Shown: one piece after another, positions 54,301 to 64,000 of the stretch | Layout of the letters: each line of letters begins with the position of its first letter | Numbering within the stretch: position 1 is the stretch's first letter | NCBI GenBank assembly: GCA_000934665.2 | Contig: KZ538200.1 | Location: forward strand, 1-64,000 | Direction of reading: 5' to 3' | Source of the DNA: Catajapyx aquilonaris | Lineage: Eukaryota | Length of the DNA: 64,000 nt | Translations under genes and position numbers: made by a program | Notes under the pieces: model-generated | What the model was told of the DNA's origin: nothing | Database searches by the model: none | Seen by the model: the letters and a program-made list of their open reading frames with translations, nothing else

Positions 54301-55622
54301 CGGTTTGCAAATCACTGCCGGCTGTGCCTCTAGCCTTGGGCTGGGATTGGGTTACACTACTTTTTTTTCTGATTGGGAGATTTAACGTAACGACTGTAAC
54401 GTGAATAAGTAAATCGATTTAGGCTGTAAGACACGTACAGAAGAATCACTGCGATAGGTTCAGAACATCAGGTCTGAATTGCACCATTGTGACTTCAAGG
54501 TACAGGAGTGTCTAAAAATTATTTATTGTTTTAAATTTTTTAAATTCGAACTTGTTTTTAGTGGACAGTGTGCATTCAGATTTGTGGTCAGGATTATATG
54601 GGTATAGCAAACATAAATGTTGATCTGGGAAAGTTTATGGGCGCAGTGGTCCCATCCTCGCGATCTCAATGCATAATCCTAAATATCGACCCAGATCCTA
54701 GTGCGATTTTAAGCCATTTTTTTCCCCAGGGTTGAACAAGTGCACTAAAGTGCATCAGAAGGAAGTTAATTGCATTTGCTAAAAATTTCCGGGAAAGGGT
54801 CCCACCTTTTTGCTTCTCTCTCGATATGTTCCCCTGGTTATTCTCCACTTTCCCGCATAAAACCCAATTACGTTTATTATGTTCCTGAAAGCTGCAATTT
54901 GCGAGGCATAATCAAACGTTGTGGTCTTGCTCGTTGGTTAATAACATTCATAGTCGATGGTCATATTCTGTTGGCGGGTTCGTAGGGGTTAAGAAGTTTG
55001 GCCTTCTCCTTACATCCCTCCTGCTTACTAATGGATTCATCCCTAGCCTAAAGGGTCGGAGTAATTATAATCGACTGTCAGCAACTTCTGTGACAATACA
55101 ACTACCGGGAAGCCCCAGCACAATAGCCAGCACTTACTAGAGCGTGTACTGCCATCAGATGAAACGAAATGAGCGGATTTCGGCGAAATATTCGCATAAA
55201 TGTGCTTTCAGCCAATCAGACGGCACTATTGCCGATTTTAACCAATCAGAAGTCATGATTGAGCTTTCAGCCAATCAGAACACTGTTGCGCTCTCAGCCA
55301 ATCAGAAAGCACTGTTGCGCTCTCAGCCAATCAGAAGCCAGGTTTGCGCTTTGAACCAATTAGAAAGCAGAGATGACACTAACTTGATAAACATGGTGAC
55401 ACCAGTGGACTCCATGGCTCGGTTGATCCCCTTCCACGAGGCGATGATGGAATACTTCTGCTTGGCCGACAGCGGTAGTCGAGGGTCGGTCTTGGGTACA
55501 GTTGGCGCGGGAAGGGCCAACTCGTCGTCACCTTTGGCCCCACCCCTGCCCTTGGTCTTGCCCTTCCCCCCTGGTCCGCCCCTGGGACTGTCCTCCCCGC
55601 TCTTGCACATCTGGCAGCCCAT
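12894..55622 (-). CDS. GbXL: Globin X-like (N-acylated, neuroglobin-like) protein, 218 aa; coding exons 55622-55384, 15052-14821, 13079-12894
   Basis: Exon 1 is MGCQMCKSG...DPRLPLSAKQKYSIIASWKGINRAMESTGVTMFI-K with a phase-2 intron (B12.2 position). Exon 2 is LFEEHEELLSLFEKF...LAEHATTVM...GASHRRIQGFKKEYFW (CD1 Phe, E7 His, F8 His) with a phase-0 intron (G7.0 position). Exon 3 is RIEKPFLEAVKTTLGDRYTENVESIYKIAIKFIIETLVEGY...*. The split codon AA|G joins exons 1 and 2 in frame. N-terminal MGCxxC is an acylation motif. Confidence 0.93.
13449..13487. repeat. Short perfect hairpin (17-bp arms, 5-nt loop) in globin intron 2
   Basis: ctgtctcacgactacat-gtcgt-atgtagtcgtgagacag. Confidence 0.85.
15144..15329. 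mobile_element. Foldback MITE with about 55-bp TIRs and TA target duplication (Tc1/mariner-type)
   Basis: 'ta|cacttttaaccatttaccttctctagagagggtaagaaagtggccattttttacc' ... 'ggtaaaaaatggccactttcttaccctctctagagaaggtaaatggttaagagtg|ta'; one mismatch between the arms. Confidence 0.85.
16960..17020. repeat. Perfect 61-bp palindrome (29-bp arms, 3-nt loop) with a third partial arm copy at about 17058-17080
   Basis: ttaatgaagtgcttgaaaaagtgtagcca-tat-tggctacactttttcaagcacttcattaa; downstream 'gtgcttgaaaaagggtagccaa'. Confidence 0.9.
17645..17762. mobile_element. Small MITE remnant with 15-bp TIRs (piggyBac-like TTAA flank on one side)
   Basis: Left 'cctcctgagacccct', right 'aggggtctcaagagg|ttaa' (one mismatch). 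The left flank is CTAT instead of TTAA. Confidence 0.5.
21311..21476. mobile_element. Foldback/hairpin MITE, about 166 bp, imperfect full-length inverted repeat
   Basis: 'ctgccgtc..gaaacaccc..agtaagggtgaaagtcgc.tgcatgccct.cactaatccc' pairs with 'gggattagtg.agggcatgca.gcgactttcacccttact..gggtgtttc..gacggcag'. Confidence 0.8.
26319..26327. other. Small assembly gap (N-run) next to a poly-C tract; similar gaps at about 33579-33582 and 38754-38764
   Basis: N characters adjacent to C homopolymers. Confidence 0.95.
36041..36108. repeat. Tandem duplication of a unit of about 33 bp
   Basis: 'acacaaacacactcttcaaatagggagcagttgg' occurs twice in tandem. Confidence 0.85.
37130..37400 (-). mobile_element. 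Possible highly degraded non-LTR retrotransposon (RTE-like) 3' remnant
   Basis: Purine-rich minus strand gives fragments such as GEERILWK* and LKQGRRIKEIVYG, loosely resembling the C-terminal end of RTE-clade ORFs. Broken by stops and frameshifts; weak. Confidence 0.25.
39241..39329. repeat. (TAA)n microsatellite, about 30 units with one interruption
   Basis: taataataa... run; it produces the spurious poly-Ile ORF 39180-39473. Confidence 0.97.
46501..46683. mobile_element. MITE with about 35-bp imperfect TIRs and TA target duplication (Tc1/mariner/pogo-type)
   Basis: 'ta|cagtcctgtaagcgaaaaaacgatctgacgtcac' ... 'gtgacgtcagatcgttctttggtttaacggactg|ta'. Confidence 0.75.
46694..47106. mobile_element. 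MITE, 413 bp, about 120-bp TIRs starting AGGG, TTAA target duplication (Kolobok/T2-like)
   Basis: 'ttaa|agggacactccactc...gtttttcgctacgcggaacggtaatcccagggc..ggtcaaagtg' and the mirror arm 'cactttgacacctagccctgggattaccgttccgcgtagcgaaaaac...gagtggagtgtccct|ttaa' surround a GC-rich core. Confidence 0.88.
49474..49719. repeat. 246-bp near-perfect palindrome (122-bp arms, 2-nt loop, 7 mismatches)
   Basis: Arm 49474-49595 is the reverse complement of 49598-49719 without indels. The centre is '...cagcatat-ca-atatgctg...'. Confidence 0.95.
55204..55366 (+). repeat. Minisatellite of six CCAAT-box units (period 27-30 bp)
   Basis: '(ag/aa)ccaat(c/t)aga' with CCAAT starting at 55212, 55242, 55271, 55298, 55327 and 55356. 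Confidence 0.9.
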
Positions 55623-57061
55623 CACCAATCCTCTGTACCAACCGCCTGCACTGGACCCAGCAACCCGCCCTGTTTCACCAACAAGTGCTGACCATCAGCC
55701 ACAACCACTCTTCCTCTCTACCTCCGTGCATTGTCGCGAGGCACTCACTCAGACCACTGCTCGCTTCGCTTCCTTGACCAGGCGACACTTTGAGGGTACG
55801 TCCAACGCGACTAAAACCGCGGGCCCGACTGAGACACTGGGGGGTACAACACGCAGTCGCAGATCAACATGCGAGTGTGGGCGGGGATCTGCCAGTAGTA
55901 GAGGGGGAGACCTGGGAGTGGGGTGATCCAGGTGGGGGAATGCGATGGTGCCGTGCCCCGATACCAGTTTTATCGCCTTGTATCGCCCTCTCCAGAAATC
56001 ATCATGCACGGATGTGACGACTCCATTCTTTGATAGGTGCGCAATGACAGATCGACTAAGTCAGAGTCAGTCTGATAGTACTATGGCTGGGTGGTACTAA
56101 AATGTGATTATGCATGACCTGCATAACCGATTAATACCAGTACCAGGTGGTGTAACATCAGACCCATTGTTCCGCATTGTTCTGCATGTCAGGCTGCGGA
56201 CCAGTCGCAGTAGAGCATATCCTGCTAAGGTCCAACCCATTGGCCATCACCTTATGCAGTCTGACCGTAACAACAACAACCAAGAGCTCTTGCAACAACA
56301 TATAAAATAAATAAATAATCGTAGTACCAAATAGTACAGTAGTAGTAAACCCGTTGCATGTTAGTTGTCACATAATTACTCATGAGGGCGACTGTAATCA
56401 TGTGGAACTTTATGACAATAGGAAGCAATGGAGGTCATGACCTCTTCATGCAGAGTTTGTGAGCACAGTACACAATGTTGTTTACTACTACTTGCTACCG
56501 TCCAACCATATTGACAGTAATGTTAAGGATTGTATTTAAAAACTTATGGTACAGTATATAAAAATTAGAATTATTTCAAGCTGTGTAGTGGAGTGAAGTA
56601 CAGTAGTAGTAAATTATTGCTCAGATGATGAGTAAATGTCAAATTTCATTAATGCTGGATAGAGACGGTCATAAAAACTGGGCATTTTTATGGGTTGAGG
56701 TACAGTACATCACAGCTGACAGGTCCAGTCGGGTACAGTATTACATATTTCATAAGAAACAGGAGGGAAATTAGGTTAACCGAGGTAAACTTTCAATGTC
56801 CTAGTTTCTCTTTAAAGGGAGTCCTCCTGAAATTTGTTCCAAGCACAGTATATCAAGGACTTAGTAACGGTATTACCCTGCAATCTGTGGCAGGCCAGTA
56901 AAAAAGGGGGTTGGCCAGTATAGAGCAGGGTTTTGTATTTTACTTACCTGCAAAATTGTGTATCCTAATTTTTCGAGACAAAGGCCTACAATATGAAGAA
57001 CATGCCATAGTTTTGCATCCTCTTCTCCCATCATCCTCATTGATGTCTCTACAGTCTACAC

Positions 57062-57541
57062 CAGGGCTATTCAACTAGTTTAAGACAAGGTCCAGTATTT
57101 ACCTTTCCTGGGCCATTGAAGGTCCAGACCGTCTTCCCCCCCTCCCGGCAAAGACACGGATTTTATATGGTACCACAGGGTTCATTTTTGAAAACAGAAA
57201 CCTGTGCAGGAAGGATAGACGGGCCTATCAAGACAGGACGTGACATTTTCGCGCTTTTATGATGTTCTGTACAGGCGCGTAGGCATAAAAATTTTCGGAG
57301 GGGGGCCCATTTCATAAGCACAAGGTGTACAAGTCTTAAGAGCGGAAATTTTTTGGGGGGTTCAAGTTCACACGAGCTTAGGTGAACGTGGGAGATTTGA
57401 ATGGGTGTGTATTTGATGCAATTGGTAGCACTTTTTCCAAAAAATCATGTATTAGTAATTTCTAATGCAATTTCAAACTGTCCTGTATATCGTCGCAGTC
57501 CAGACAAAACTCCGTCGCGGTCTGCCAGTTGAATAGCCCTG
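57062..57541. mobile_element. Non-autonomous hAT element (MITE), 480 bp, 15-bp TIRs, 8-bp target-site duplication
   Basis: TIRs cagggctattcaact / agttgaatagccctg are flanked by a perfect direct repeat gtctacac (57054-57061 and 57542-57549). Confidence 0.92.
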
Positions 57542-60500
57542 GTCTACACCAACAGGAAATATTAGTTTCCAAAATGCAAATAACTGGCTTGGTTTTAGAG
57601 GACTGCATGATGCAGGCTTACGGAGTGTAAAATACACCCTGTAACATTCAAGTATGTGAACCACTGTAGAGGTTAATAAAAGGAGAATGTTTACTTTTGT
57701 GTTATGGATTAATATTTCTCATTCTACATAGAAATTTTTAAACCTTTTGATATACAGTATTTGCATTTAGAGTACTTCATTGGGAATACCCGTAATTTTG
57801 AATGGAAGGAGAAAACTGCAAAAATTACCCAAATTTTAATTAGACTGAGTTCCCCTGGTCAAGCAAGGCTATTCCAGAGAACAATGGATAATGACAGTCC
57901 TACTTATTCACCAACTTTTTCCATCATAATTTTGTTCCGTTCATAAAATTAGAAAGTCATATCATTCAGAGAAAACACCAAAATTAATCATCAGGAACAT
58001 TTCTCATAATGAAGACTAATCGGAAATAAGGCATCCTAATTGGACATGTCTGAGGCTTGTTTTGACCCAAAGTTAATTTAATACTTTCATATCAGGGAAG
58101 TCAGGTGAAAAATTAACTGCATAGTCCTCCTCACAATATTTTATTTTTCTATTCGTGTCAATAGTTTGAAGGTGACACATTGGGCAAAATTAACACAGGA
58201 TCACATCCTGATAAACGCTTCACTGATTAAAGCAGCAGGGTACATAAAACCATTTAAACAAGAGAGAACCCTCACAGTATGTACGTTTGTGTGTTTCACA
58301 AGATTTTTTTCTTTCTTTTTTTAAAATCCGCATAGCACCTACTTATAAACTTGGGTGACTCACACTACATTATACACATGAACCACTTAGTTGCACATAG
58401 GGATTACATGAATATAAAATGAACTATCAAAAAGCAGGATTACTACCCACAACATAGAGAACGGGCTAAAAAAAACTGGTGTAAAGGATGCTAAACATGT
58501 GCATGTGTATGTTGTGTATCATTGGCAGTAGAACTCTGTTGGAATCATTTTTCTTCACAAGACGACACAATTTCTTTTTTTTTCCATAATGGCAGCGAGA
58601 AGCATACATGACATATGAGCGGAGGCGAAAAAATTTTCCTTTAAAAAAACAAACAAAAAGCTGTGACTTGCAAAGACGTAAGGCTGGCGAGAGACTGGAA
58701 TTTCCTCATCGCGATGATTGCAGTCTTCAACTGTGAAAAGATCAAAGACAAATGTGACAGTTAGAATCAGTCAACACATAGTACTCATACATGCACAGAA
58801 CGACTCTAGTTATCTAATTTACCATATTGGGAGGTATTACATATTCCAACTACTGTCTTCGATGTGTAAGACAGACGCACACTAGCAGTCTTTATTGTTC
58901 AAACTTTATTCTTCACTTGATAAAGAGTGCTGTAGTCATGATGAATGTTATTATAAATGAAATGCAAAAAAAGCATGCCCAAAATGCAAACCAAGAAAAG
59001 TAATGAAAATAATCATACCAGAGCCAGTCATGCATACCATGCGGTCGTTCCCACAGATTCTATTGAAGGACAGCAGATACTCACATCGGGACCAAAAAGC
59101 ATCATCATGCTCCTTGGAAAACTGCAGCTCAAAAAATAATCAATTTTGTTTGGTGCCAAAGTGCTCAGAGTTAGCGTGTTAGGCTTTCCCAATAATCAAA
59201 GTAACTGCTTTTGGGAGCAGGTCTTACCAAACAAAAGCCAATTCCCAAAAAAATAAACAAACCATGTTTGCACCAAAATGTACGCAAAATACCTATACTG
59301 ATTAATCACTTTTATTAACGCAAGACTCAGCTTCATACAGTTATGAGGTAACACAATGTTCTTCCTCTCAAGCCACCCTCACCCTCCCCCCGCATAATTT
59401 TTTAAAACTCACATAATTAGAAATGTTAGCCCCCAGTCCATCCGGCAAAATAGAGACAGAGCCAATGGCAGAAAAAAAAAAGGCAGACAAAACACGCTCG
59501 CTCTGTGTGGCCATAAGTGAGTGTCAGCTGCATGCATTATTGTGCCCATCAACATTTGGAAAAATCTGTGTCTCCATCCTACAAAGCAGAGCTCACTGCA
59601 TGAAAATACAAACTCAATAACCTCGCTCGTTTTGTTAAATGTCTTAGCCGTTTCGTCACTCCACACTATTACATTGTGCGACTTTACAAATAGACTACAT
59701 CATTTTGGCCCAATTTTCTTTCCATGCAGTGGTGCCAACCTTTTAGTCCCAAAAAAATACCCTCACATGGCACTGCAATAAAGCAGACACTAACATTGTC
59801 ACAAACTCGATAAAGCCCAACTTTCGCCTCTCCCTCCACATCTTGCGATAACTCCCCCCCTCCCCCCACGTCTCCCCTCCGCCAAAACATCACATGCCGT
59901 GAAAATCCACCTTCGAGAGTGCAGTTAGTTGGGGTTAGTGTATAACGTTAAGACCAAATCCACTGGACACATTTCTTTTCACTTCTTAAACAGGAAAGAG
60001 TCTTAACTAGATAGATTAGTCTGAAAAGAGCAGGCTCCATTTAAAACGGTTCAAATCTACTCTATAGTCCCCAAGATGCTGCCTCCCAACTGCCAAGACA
60101 CCAATAGTACTGGACAATAGCACAGAGAAAAAAAATTACGAGGTGATTCTTTTGTCATCCAGCGTTAATGATGAAGTAGAAGAGGAGGATAAAAAAATTA
60201 GAGCTAAAAAAAGGTGGGAAAATCTTGAAAATACAACATTGTACACTGGAATCATTCCCACCAGTACAATAGACATGTTACATAGAAAAAAGCATTTGGA
60301 ATATTTTGAAAAAAATCGCGAGACTTCCATCTGGGAGACTGCGATTTAAGTGCAAAGGCTCGGAAGAATCAAGTACCAAAAGACATCAGTTGATGTAAAG
60401 TGTCAAAAAAACTCGCATCTATTCTCCTTCACCTCCAAGTTTTAAAAAACACAAAACTCCAAGAAGCAGCTTACATTTGGACGCCAGCTTCACTAAAATA

Positions 60501-60829
60501 ATTCAAAACGTATACACCCAAACAACGAGCTGAAACTGATTTTGGCAGTGCGTATTATTTGGAAGAAAGTAACAAACAAGCTGGAAATAGAACTCCACCA
60601 CTTCTATTTTTTTCTGGAAAACCTGAAGCCTATTTTTTAATACCCCCCTCCCTCTGAATAAAAACTTGTGCTGGTTAACAACAGGGCCCTGTTTTCTTAG
60701 GCTGTATAAAAAGTCATAGAATCCTGTAGTAGAGGCAAGTGTGACTTTTCTTTTTTTGCACTTGTGTTGTTTTCATCCTCTTGCAATGAATTTTCAGTGA
60801 GCGGAGGGGCAGAGGTGGACATTATGTAT

Positions 60830-63475
60830 TTACTTTTTCTTTAATGTAAAGAAGCTCCTTCGCTTAGGCTCGTCCTTCTTCTCTCCAGACGCAGGCAGGG
60901 TCTGGCTGCGTGAAGGGCCAGCATCCATCTCTGTCTGGGCGTTGATCTTGTTCACCCACTGTGTCATCTCTTCATCATCTTTCGCCTGGAACAAGTACTC
61001 TGCACCTCCGGACAGCCTGCAAGAAAGGGTAACATTGTTGGTTTAATTATTATGTTCTTTCACTCAGCACATGGCAGAAACACTAATCAATTAAATAATG
61101 TGAGCATGCTGTTCCAGTTTGAAGAAATTGTTAAGGCATCAGTAACATACCATATTGCAAAATAAATGATCAACTGACCTAATTCAGACTGATATCATCT
61201 CCTCCACAAAGCACAACATAACAGTGTTAAAAATACTTCCTCTTCCTAATATTAGAAATTTCTAAGGAGCTGGCATTGTTTCTGATACAAAAACTCTCAC
61301 ATCAGATGCGTAACTTGTACTCTTGAAAAAGACACAAAAATAAACTGGCAAATCATCAAATATTCAGACCTTGCAAGCAATTTTTGCTATAACAAAACCA
61401 GAAGGCATTGTTGCTATAACCCACCATTTTATAGCTGCAATTGCCTTCAATATGTCGAAGATCTCTCATTAATGGCATGGTATGTCAAACAGGGAGTGAT
61501 TGAATCCATACTCATATCCATCATGACAGGCTGACCTGTGATTCATATTTGGGACCTCCTAATCAGAGGCCTTACCAATTATGTCACTGACACAGTTCAT
61601 GGCACAACATAAAGCAATATGGTAGTATTAAATCACGATGGCATTATTTCCCCGGGGGGGATTTAGAATGAGTTCAGAAATTTGTTTAAATTCCACTCTG
61701 TCAATTGTTTCAACAGGCAAGGACGTAGATAGACGTGGCTGTGATTTCCAGAAAGAAAACCAATCCACAACAGTTCCCCAATTGACAAAGTGGAGAGCAA
61801 GCCTAGGTTGGCATGGGACAGTTGGTAATATGGGATTTCCAGTCCTGATCTCCCACCCTGATGCCTAACCCTAGCCATTAGGCCAGATAGCCTTGGTTCA
61901 ATTGCTCAATATTACTCCACGTAAACTAATATAAAGCACTACAGAAAGGAACACTGACTTGAGTCTGAAGACATGCTTCTTCTTAGTGTAGTCGGATGCG
62001 ATTTCCGCAGTTCCTCCACCTAGTTCAGACGGACTCTCCCCACGGTAGTACGACTCTGGGGAAGTGCGGAAACTCTTCTGGTCCTTGTAAAACAGCAGTT
62101 GTGTGCCCTTTAGCACTACATAGATCTTGTCCCAAGATCTAAGAAAAGCAGAAAATTGATGTAGTCGGGAAATTCAAATTGGCATAGGCATACTTCAAAG
62201 CTGAATGAATACCTATTAGTTGCTTTTTTGGTGGTGTTCTCCCATTCATGTTTCCTCGACAGAATACCTTCCATGATCTCTTCTTGGTCTCTTGTGCCTG
62301 GACTTGGACGCTCTGAAATTGCGATAATGGTGATCACTTTGGGTTCCACAGCATATGGAAAATGTCACTCATGAGGACCTCATTTTCCTCAATTTTCAAA
62401 ATAATACAAAGTTACACTTAGTCGCCTGAGCTGAAAATGTACAAAATTAGTGTCCAGCAGTTATTCAGGGATGATGTCCTGCAATAAAAAATGCATTAAT
62501 GAGCACCGGCACATCAACAGATACAAAGGAAGCTTGCACTACCTATAGGACGTCACAATGTATCAAAAGCATGCTTTCCTCTAATCCATGCTTCGCTTCA
62601 AATGCACACTTCACACTACAAAAGCACCAACACTCTTACTGAAAAAATTTCTTACCTCTCACCAATTCTTGTAAAATTTAGATCCCCTTTCCAATCACCA
62701 AAACCGCCACCTTTGTAACTCATTAAAAAATGGGGCCTCGTATGGTTTTCTAAAGGGAGGGACTGACCGTTTCGACCTTACCTAATGCCCTTTCCAGATT
62801 GGACTCATCGTCACTGACGCTTCCAGGCGCAGTGGTGGGTGACTTTGGCTTCTTCCAGCGGAAGCTTCGGAAGGGGGACTTTGAGCGTGCTCGAGACTTC
62901 TTCTTTGACTCCTTAGCACTGCTTGGAGTAGCTGTGATTCGAAGGGGGCAAATCGACTCTCTTTTATTCAGACAAACCTTTTTTTCTTCAGTCACACTGA
63001 ACCACCACCCACCATGACCACTGCGAATTCCATTTTCCCTTTCCATCACTTACCTAAGGAGTGTCAATGAAGATAGTCCCATACACCACATGTTTGCATG
63101 CACTTCAAAAGACGGCACATACGTGAAGTTATCCCTTTTCTACATGCTTTTACCCCTCCAATGAGATATTCACTTTACAGAAAAGCTTTTTCTCTCTTTA
63201 AAATTGCAGGTTAGTAGCTAGCGTTTCCAGTCACTTCACAGTGACTAAGCCAAATATGCAGGACTCATCACAAACCCCCAGCAATATTAATTTCCTTCTG
63301 CTAAACTATTTAGCATTCCCTTGTTTTTCCAAGCTCGCACCCACATCTCCATTTTCCAAGTACTCACTCTTGTCCGGAGGGAATGACTTGGGGCTTGTAG
63401 GTGACTGGGGAGACCGAGGGGAGGTTGGTGTCGAAGCCTCTGATCTTGGCGACTTGGGCATTCTCACAGCATGCT
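60830..63475 (-). CDS. beta-Spec: Beta-spectrin, 3' end (linker, PH domain and C-terminus); exons 63475-63368, 62931-62782, 62312-62213, 62138-61959, 61016-60830; the gene continues right of the window
   Basis: The spliced frame gives ...SRARSKSPFRSFRWKK...EGILSRKHEWENTTKKATNRSWDKIYVVLKGTQLLFYKDQK...[39 protein letters not shown]...RSQTLPA...KRRSFFTLKKK*, the characteristic beta-spectrin PH domain and tail. Junctions are GT-AG with consistent phases (1,1,2,2). Confidence 0.95.
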
Positions 63476-64000
63476 CTAAAAGGGTACCAGGATCGTGCCA
63501 TGCAAAAATAGGAGTAAATATTCATTGCAACTGATAAGTAGTCATGCCACGGGCTGCAGGCATACCTCGAAATACATGCCATGCTGCAGTGTAATGACTA
63601 AAATGTCGCTATAACTGATCACCATGCTACGCCACTACTTACACACAGATGCAAAAAATATCATGTTTAATTCGTTTTCAAATTTGCCAATGTCAGGGTG
63701 TTTGCTATTGAAATTCACTTTACAGTGATACATATTTGACGGATCATTGTAATTGCAAGACTAGACATGGTCACAAACTAACATCTAGACGTATTACTTT
63801 TGTGCACAAATGATAGCAAAATTTTTTCATATTTTTTTTACTTCACGTCTTTTGCATCATAAGTGTAGAAAATGAACTACAACACCATTTCTCCTTAACT
63901 ACAAAAGCTTTGTTCATGCAAATGCAGTGATCAAATACTCTTAAGCTATAAATGTAAGTGCAAACTATGGAACCTTAATGGAAATGACTCTGTACACTGT

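Larger units (their letters stand above)
15053..55383 (-). other. About 40.3-kb first coding intron of the globin gene
   Basis: Donor AA|gttagt at 55383, acceptor 'ttttttgacag' at 15053. No convincing protein-coding ORF was recognised between them. Confidence 0.85.

Noticed and set aside
15400..55100. Short ORFs (60-160 aa) as nested genes in the globin intron
   Set aside because: None shows a recognisable domain or coherent exon chain; small nested genes cannot be excluded without RNA data.
55204..55366. CRISPR-like appearance of repeated cores with variable spacers
   Set aside because: Eukaryotic context, core only about 10 bp, spacers related to each other, and no cas genes: it is a minisatellite.
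55144..55926. 260-aa plus-strand ORF
   Set aside because: It is the antisense shadow of GC-rich globin exon 1 plus the CCAAT minisatellite; it has a non-ATG start and no recognisable domain.
63364..63582. ORF-track peptide ...NAQVAKIRGFDTNLPSVSPVTYKPQ as a spectrin exon
   Set aside because: Wrong frame; the splice phases select the SP-rich frame instead.

Overview
Eukaryotic genomic DNA, very probably from a hexapod: spliced genes with GT-AG introns as short as about 50 nt, an odorant-binding protein and a gustatory receptor. The first 9 kb is a dense sensory-gene cluster. It holds an unidentified minus-strand gene fragment, a 5-exon OBP-like gene missed by the ORF track (+, 1086-1755) and a 4-exon gustatory receptor (-, 3795-2308). 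It also holds a painless-like TRPA channel (-, 9055-4156, about 1548 aa) with an unusually long array of about 22-24 ankyrin repeats and a long C-terminal coiled coil. Most of the window is one N-acylated globin X-like gene (-, 55622-12894) whose first coding intron is about 40.3 kb and contains many MITEs and hairpins. Among these are a 246-bp near-perfect palindrome whose mismatches are almost all U-G wobbles on the + strand and an array of six CCAAT boxes. The window ends in the 3' (PH-domain) exons of beta-spectrin (-). All gene models were assembled by hand from splice signals and frame continuity; no database search was run.
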